From contig JBITAJ010000004.1 in assembly GCA_044440125.1 (NCBI GenBank), positions 96,001-160,000 of the forward strand: a stretch of DNA of 64,000 nucleotides. The letters run 5' to 3'. Of this stretch, positions 60,009 through 64,000 are shown in pieces. The position numbers and the translations under genes are program-made. Origin of the DNA: Sedimentisphaeraceae bacterium JB056 (lineage in GTDB: Bacteria > Planctomycetota > Phycisphaerae > Sedimentisphaerales > Sedimentisphaeraceae). A model generated the notes under the pieces. The model ran no database searches, was not told where the DNA came from, and was given only the letters and a program-made list of their open reading frames with translations. Each line of letters begins with the position of its first letter. Within the stretch, counting starts at the first letter, position 1.

Positions 60009-60518
60009 TTATTTTCTGCGTCTGCGGATAAACATACCGCCAAGACCAAGAAGTGCCATTGTAGCAGGCTCGGGAGTAACAAACAAACCTTCCGACGAAC
60101 TGTCTAATACATCAAGTGTCTGCGCATTATTGAGTATAAAATTGGAATTAGAGTATCGAAGTGTATAGATATTCGAACCAAAGGCAACAACATCTGTAGC
60201 ATCACCGAAAGTTAAGGCGCCGGTATCAAAAACGAGCGTTAAACCGCTGTAATTAACTACACCGTTTACAACATTTTGGAAAGTACCCAGGAATTGATCT
60301 GAAGAATCATAAAAGTTTATGGTAAGATCATCAATTCCAGTACCAGAACCTGAAGAATATGAGATAGTACTGTAATTATCGTTATATGTCATTGAGCCGG
60401 ATGCTCGACAGCCATTATCACCTGTCCAGGAGAATTCAACTGTTTCCCATACTTCAGGGATTGCACCAAAAGACAATGTGGCGGCTAAAACCAAAACTAA
60501 AACTGAAAACATCTTCAT
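60009..60518 (-). CDS. PEP-CTERM sorting domain protein
   Basis: Signal peptide from ATG 60518; C-terminal TPEPATMALLGLGGMFIRRRRK. Confidence 0.92.
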   Translation of the reverse strand: MKMFSVLVLVLAATLSFGAIPEVWETVEFSWTGDNGCRASGSMTYNDNYSTISYSSGSGTGIDDLTINFYDSSDQFLGTFQNVVNGVVNYSGLTLVFDTGALTFGDATDVVAFGSNIYTLRYSNSNFILNNAQTLDVLDSSSEGLFVTPEPATMALLGLGGMFIRRRRK

Positions 60519-60814
60519 AATTAAACCCTTTCTAAAAACAACACGAAATAACCAATCGTTACACACTTTTATTAAACAAGTGTTAACTGATTATTTATAC
60601 CCCAACTAAAACAAATTGTCAATTTTTAAGACAATTAAAAATGTCTAATTTAATTTTATTTCTATATGCCGCAACATATGTCCTAAATTAACAACACATA
60701 TCCTGTTTACCACAACAAACCTCAGCATATTAAAATTGTAATGCCTATCTTTATAATTATAATAAAGCAGAAATTATTGAGGTGTTATTACATATCCAAA
60801 GGAGTAGTAAAATA

Positions 60815-61483
60815 ATGTCAGAAATGAATAAAAACAAAAAGTGCTGCCTAAATTGCGCATACCTTAGAATGGTAGAGCATTATTTAATGTCTTCTGAGGG
60901 GAGATTATTGCTGACATGGGAAAGGAGAAAGCAATTTTACAAAGACAGGTCAAACTTAAATCTTAAATGCCCTAAACACCCCAGAGTTTCGTGCAGTCGT
61001 AGCCAATTTGCTAATATTACAATATTACAAAACAAAAACAAACAATATGAAATCACTCAGGACTCATTTAATTTCATCCAAACCAATAGCTGTCCACTTT
61101 TTTATAAGCATCAAGATTGCTTCTACAAACTTAATCATGAAACAATAGCGAAACGCCAAACAATGGAAATTGAACTCGAAAATGCCGTTACTGCAAAAAA
61201 AGCTTTAGAGATATCGAGAAAAAGCTTCTGGTTTACCATTATAGTTTTGATTATTTCATCCTTGGGAGCAAGCTTAGCAATACTTGATTTTTTCGGGGAC
61301 AAAGAATGGCAAGACAATCAAATCTCTGCTCTCAGAGAAACTAACACCCTATTGAAACAACAAATCGAGCTGAAATTAGCCGAAAAAACGAACACTGCCA
61401 ATCAAACAACATATGGCTCCTCACCTTGGCAGGAATATATAAAATCCGACATAGATATTGCAATCAACAATTTAGGAGAATAA
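60815..61483 (+). CDS. Hypothetical protein, Cys-rich N-terminus and one TM helix
   Basis: RBS AAGGAG; CCLNC...C...C...CP; one hydrophobic helix. Confidence 0.65.
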   Translation: MSEMNKNKKCCLNCAYLRMVEHYLMSSEGRLLLTWERRKQFYKDRSNLNLKCPKHPRVSCSRSQFANITILQNKNKQYEITQDSFNFIQTNSCPLFYKHQDCFYKLNHETIAKRQTMEIELENAVTAKKALEISRKSFWFTIIVLIISSLGASLAILDFFGDKEWQDNQISALRETNTLLKQQIELKLAEKTNTANQTTYGSSPWQEYIKSDIDIAINNLGE

Positions 61484-61487
61484 CAAA

Positions 61488-61709
61488 ATGTCATACATTT
61501 ACGGCTGTCCTCAATGCAAAACATCAATAGAAACATCAGCATCAAGAACTCTCAGATGCAGTAATTGCGGAAAAATCATGAACGAAATCGCAAGAGAAAA
61601 CTGGCTCCACAAATGCAATTCCTGCGAATTTGAAAATGAAAATCCAACGCCAGGCGTCTATGACTGCCCAATGTGCGACGGCAAACTTTGCCCCTCAAGA
61701 CCCGTGTAA
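61488..61709 (+). CDS. Small double zinc-ribbon protein
   Basis: Four CxxC motifs; RBS AGGAG. Confidence 0.7.
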   Translation: MSYIYGCPQCKTSIETSASRTLRCSNCGKIMNEIARENWLHKCNSCEFENENPTPGVYDCPMCDGKLCPSRPV

Positions 61710-61745
61710 GTCAGTGAATGTCCGTGATTTGTCCGTGTTTTGATA

Positions 61746-62417
61746 TCATATATTATTCGCGGCGGCGAGAATATCTTTTATCGCTTTCTCTCTGTCGGGC
61801 TTTGAGAATACTGCCGAGCCCGCCACGAGTGTATCCGCTCCAAGAGCTGTTACGATCGGTGCGGTTGTCGGATCGATTCCGCCGTCAACCTGAATCCTCA
61901 CATCCGGCCCTACAATCTGGCGAATCTCTTTGCACTTCTGCGCCGCATCGTGCATGAACGACTGTCCGCCGAATCCCGGCTCAACAGTCATTACGAGTAT
62001 CATATCACACATAGCCCCAATATCCGCAATAGCGTCAACCGAAGTACCCGGCTTAATACTCACGCCCGCTGTAACTCCCGCATCATGAATCCTGTTGATA
62101 AGTCCCTTGGCATCATTAACCGCCTCAATGTGAAATGTAATATGATCGCTGCCGGCCTTGATAAAATCGTCAAGATATTTCTCGGCATCGGTTATCATCA
62201 GGTGAGTATCGAAGCAAAGCGGAGAATGCTTGCGAAGATTGGCAATCACAGGCGCCCCGAATGTAAGATTAGGCACAAAATGAGCGTCCATTACATCAAG
62301 GTGCACAATCTTCACTCCATAGTTTTCTATCTCTTTAACCTCATCGGCGAGCCGTGCGAAATCACTGCTCAATACACTCGGAGCTATTTCTATTGATGGT
62401 GTTGAAGGTAGTTTCAT
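61746..62417 (-). CDS. rpe: Ribulose-phosphate 3-epimerase
   Basis: IAPSVL, HLDVMDAHFVPNLTFG, MTVEPGFGGQ, VDGGI. Confidence 0.97.
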   Translation of the reverse strand: MKLPSTPSIEIAPSVLSSDFARLADEVKEIENYGVKIVHLDVMDAHFVPNLTFGAPVIANLRKHSPLCFDTHLMITDAEKYLDDFIKAGSDHITFHIEAVNDAKGLINRIHDAGVTAGVSIKPGTSVDAIADIGAMCDMILVMTVEPGFGGQSFMHDAAQKCKEIRQIVGPDVRIQVDGGIDPTTAPIVTALGADTLVAGSAVFSKPDREKAIKDILAAANNI

Positions 62418-62455
62418 AATCTATCCCTGCTATTGCAAATATGTTGATCTCAAAT

Positions 62456-63931
62456 CTATATAAACTTTTTACGCATTCTTGAGGCCGGGATACCAAGCTG
62501 ATCGCGATACTTCACAACCGTTCGCCTTGATATGCTGTAGCCCTTTTCCTCAAGCAGCTTGCAAACTTTTTCATCACTGTAAGGCTTGCTCTTGTCCTCA
62601 TTATTGATTATATTTTCAAGAGCCTGCTTTATTGCCTCCGTCCCCTGCACGTTGCCGTCGTCTGAAACGATCCTGTTTGTAAACAAATCACGCAAAGGCA
62701 TCTGGCCTTGAGGCGACTGTATATATTTCCCTGCAACTGCACGCGAAACAGTAGCAATATGTATCCCTATCATATCAGCAACCTCCTGCATAAACAACGG
62801 CTGTATATGCAGTCTGCCCTTTTTGAAGAATTCTTTCTGTCTGGAAACTACGATTCCGGCGATTTTCAGAAGTGTATTCTGCCTCTGGTTAACGGCATCA
62901 ATAAGCCACTTCGCATTTCGAACATTCTCCTGAAGATATCGCTTGGTATTTTTATCGATATTCTTATCGGCTACCATGCTGGCATATTCATCGTTTATCC
63001 TCAACGCCGGAAGAGCGGAGTTGGCAAGATGAACATCGTACTCACCATCATCTTTTTCCTCAACTATAATATCCACACGAACAGGAGCATTGTCAAAACC
63101 TGATTCGAATTTCGTACCCGGGCTTGTATCAAGACGTGCAAGGTAGTGCAATACCTGCTCAATCTCATCCATGCCGCAGCCAACAGAAGCGGCAAGCTGA
63201 GGAAGATGGTTATTAAGGAGCATATCATAATGCTCGTTAACTATCTCATAAGTAAAAGGGGGAACGGTGTCGATATTCTGCCGTATCTGAATCAAAAGAC
63301 ATTCCCGAACATCTCTGGCCCCGATACCTGGAGGATCGAATCTCTGGAGATGCTCCAACGCTTCATCAAAGAGTTCCTGATCGAATCCATCATAAATCGC
63401 AGCGATTTCATCAAGATTCAGGGAAAGGTATCCTTTAGGGCTGAGCTGATCGATAAGTATCTCAATAACACTTATAACCTCACGAGGCGCATCCACAAGC
63501 GAAAGCTGATCTTTGAGATAAGCCTGCATCGAGATACGGCTGTCCGCTGTATTGTGAAGGGCATTGAGTTTGGGGTCAGCCTCGCCATCATCATATCTGA
63601 CCGAAACGGCGGCATCCTGATTTATATATTCTTTGTAGTCAGCGCCAAGATTATCAAGGCGCTCAAAAGATTCAGCCGTATCATTTTCCGAAACCTTAAG
63701 CTCTTTCTCATCAATACTTTTATTGAGAAACTCCTTATCGTCTTCTTCCTGCTCATCAGGGTCCTCTGTTTCGAGTTCAAGAACAGGATTATTATTAAGC
63801 TCGGTTTCTATACGCTGTTCAAGTGCCATAATAGGCAGCTGAAGAATCTCCATTGACTGCATCATTGCAGGAGTCAGCTTCATCTGCTGAGCCATCTGCA
63901 TTCGATTTGTCAAGTTCATTTCAAGTGCCAT
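62456..63931 (-). CDS. rpoN: RNA polymerase sigma-54 factor
   Basis: NPVLE, DPPGIGAR, ATVSRA..GKY, RpoN box SRRTVVKYR. Confidence 0.96.
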   Translation of the reverse strand: MALEMNLTNRMQMAQQMKLTPAMMQSMEILQLPIMALEQRIETELNNNPVLELETEDPDEQEEDDKEFLNKSIDEKELKVSENDTAESFERLDNLGADYKEYINQDAAVSVRYDDGEADPKLNALHNTADSRISMQAYLKDQLSLVDAPREVISVIEILIDQLSPKGYLSLNLDEIAAIYDGFDQELFDEALEHLQRFDPPGIGARDVRECLLIQIRQNIDTVPPFTYEIVNEHYDMLLNNHLPQLAASVGCGMDEIEQVLHYLARLDTSPGTKFESGFDNAPVRVDIIVEEKDDGEYDVHLANSALPALRINDEYASMVADKNIDKNTKRYLQENVRNAKWLIDAVNQRQNTLLKIAGIVVSRQKEFFKKGRLHIQPLFMQEVADMIGIHIATVSRAVAGKYIQSPQGQMPLRDLFTNRIVSDDGNVQGTEAIKQALENIINNEDKSKPYSDEKVCKLLEEKGYSISRRTVVKYRDQLGIPASRMRKKFI

Positions 63932-64000
63932 ATTATCTATTCCCTATTAAACGAAAATATATTGAATTTATATTTTTATTGTTCACTTTTATATCGTATC

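Overview
Bacterial chromosome window, most consistent with a planctomycete of class Phycisphaerae. This is an inference from the DUF1559 prepilin-like gene, PEP-CTERM proteins, GD.N.DC.V...D..NWL dockerin-like tails and an ffh-rpsP-trmD-rplS operon lacking rimM. The left ~20.5 kb is visibly more AT-rich and abuts the 3' end of tRNA-Thr(TGT). It is a glycan-utilisation island with four paralogous secreted proteins sharing an unclassified GHL10/GH156-like TIM-barrel module; three have Cys where these families have Asp, and one of the four is missed by the ORF track because it runs off the left edge. The island also has nine copies of a ~190-aa lectin-like domain over five genes, dockerin-like tails, a GH20, a GH4, a DUF1559 prepilin-like protein, an SSS symporter, and GntR and AraC regulators. 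The rest is mostly core genome (aroB, lpdA, ffh-rpsP-trmD-rplS, accBC, clpP x2, proS, ndk, rpe, rpoN) plus a GH38 mannosidase locus. Small accessory inserts include three tandem paralogous membrane-anchored unknowns, a duplicated esterase 3' fragment, a HigB/HigA-IrrE pair whose toxin appears frameshifted, two PEP-CTERM genes and REP-like palindromes. Family assignments come from motif recognition only; no database searches were run.
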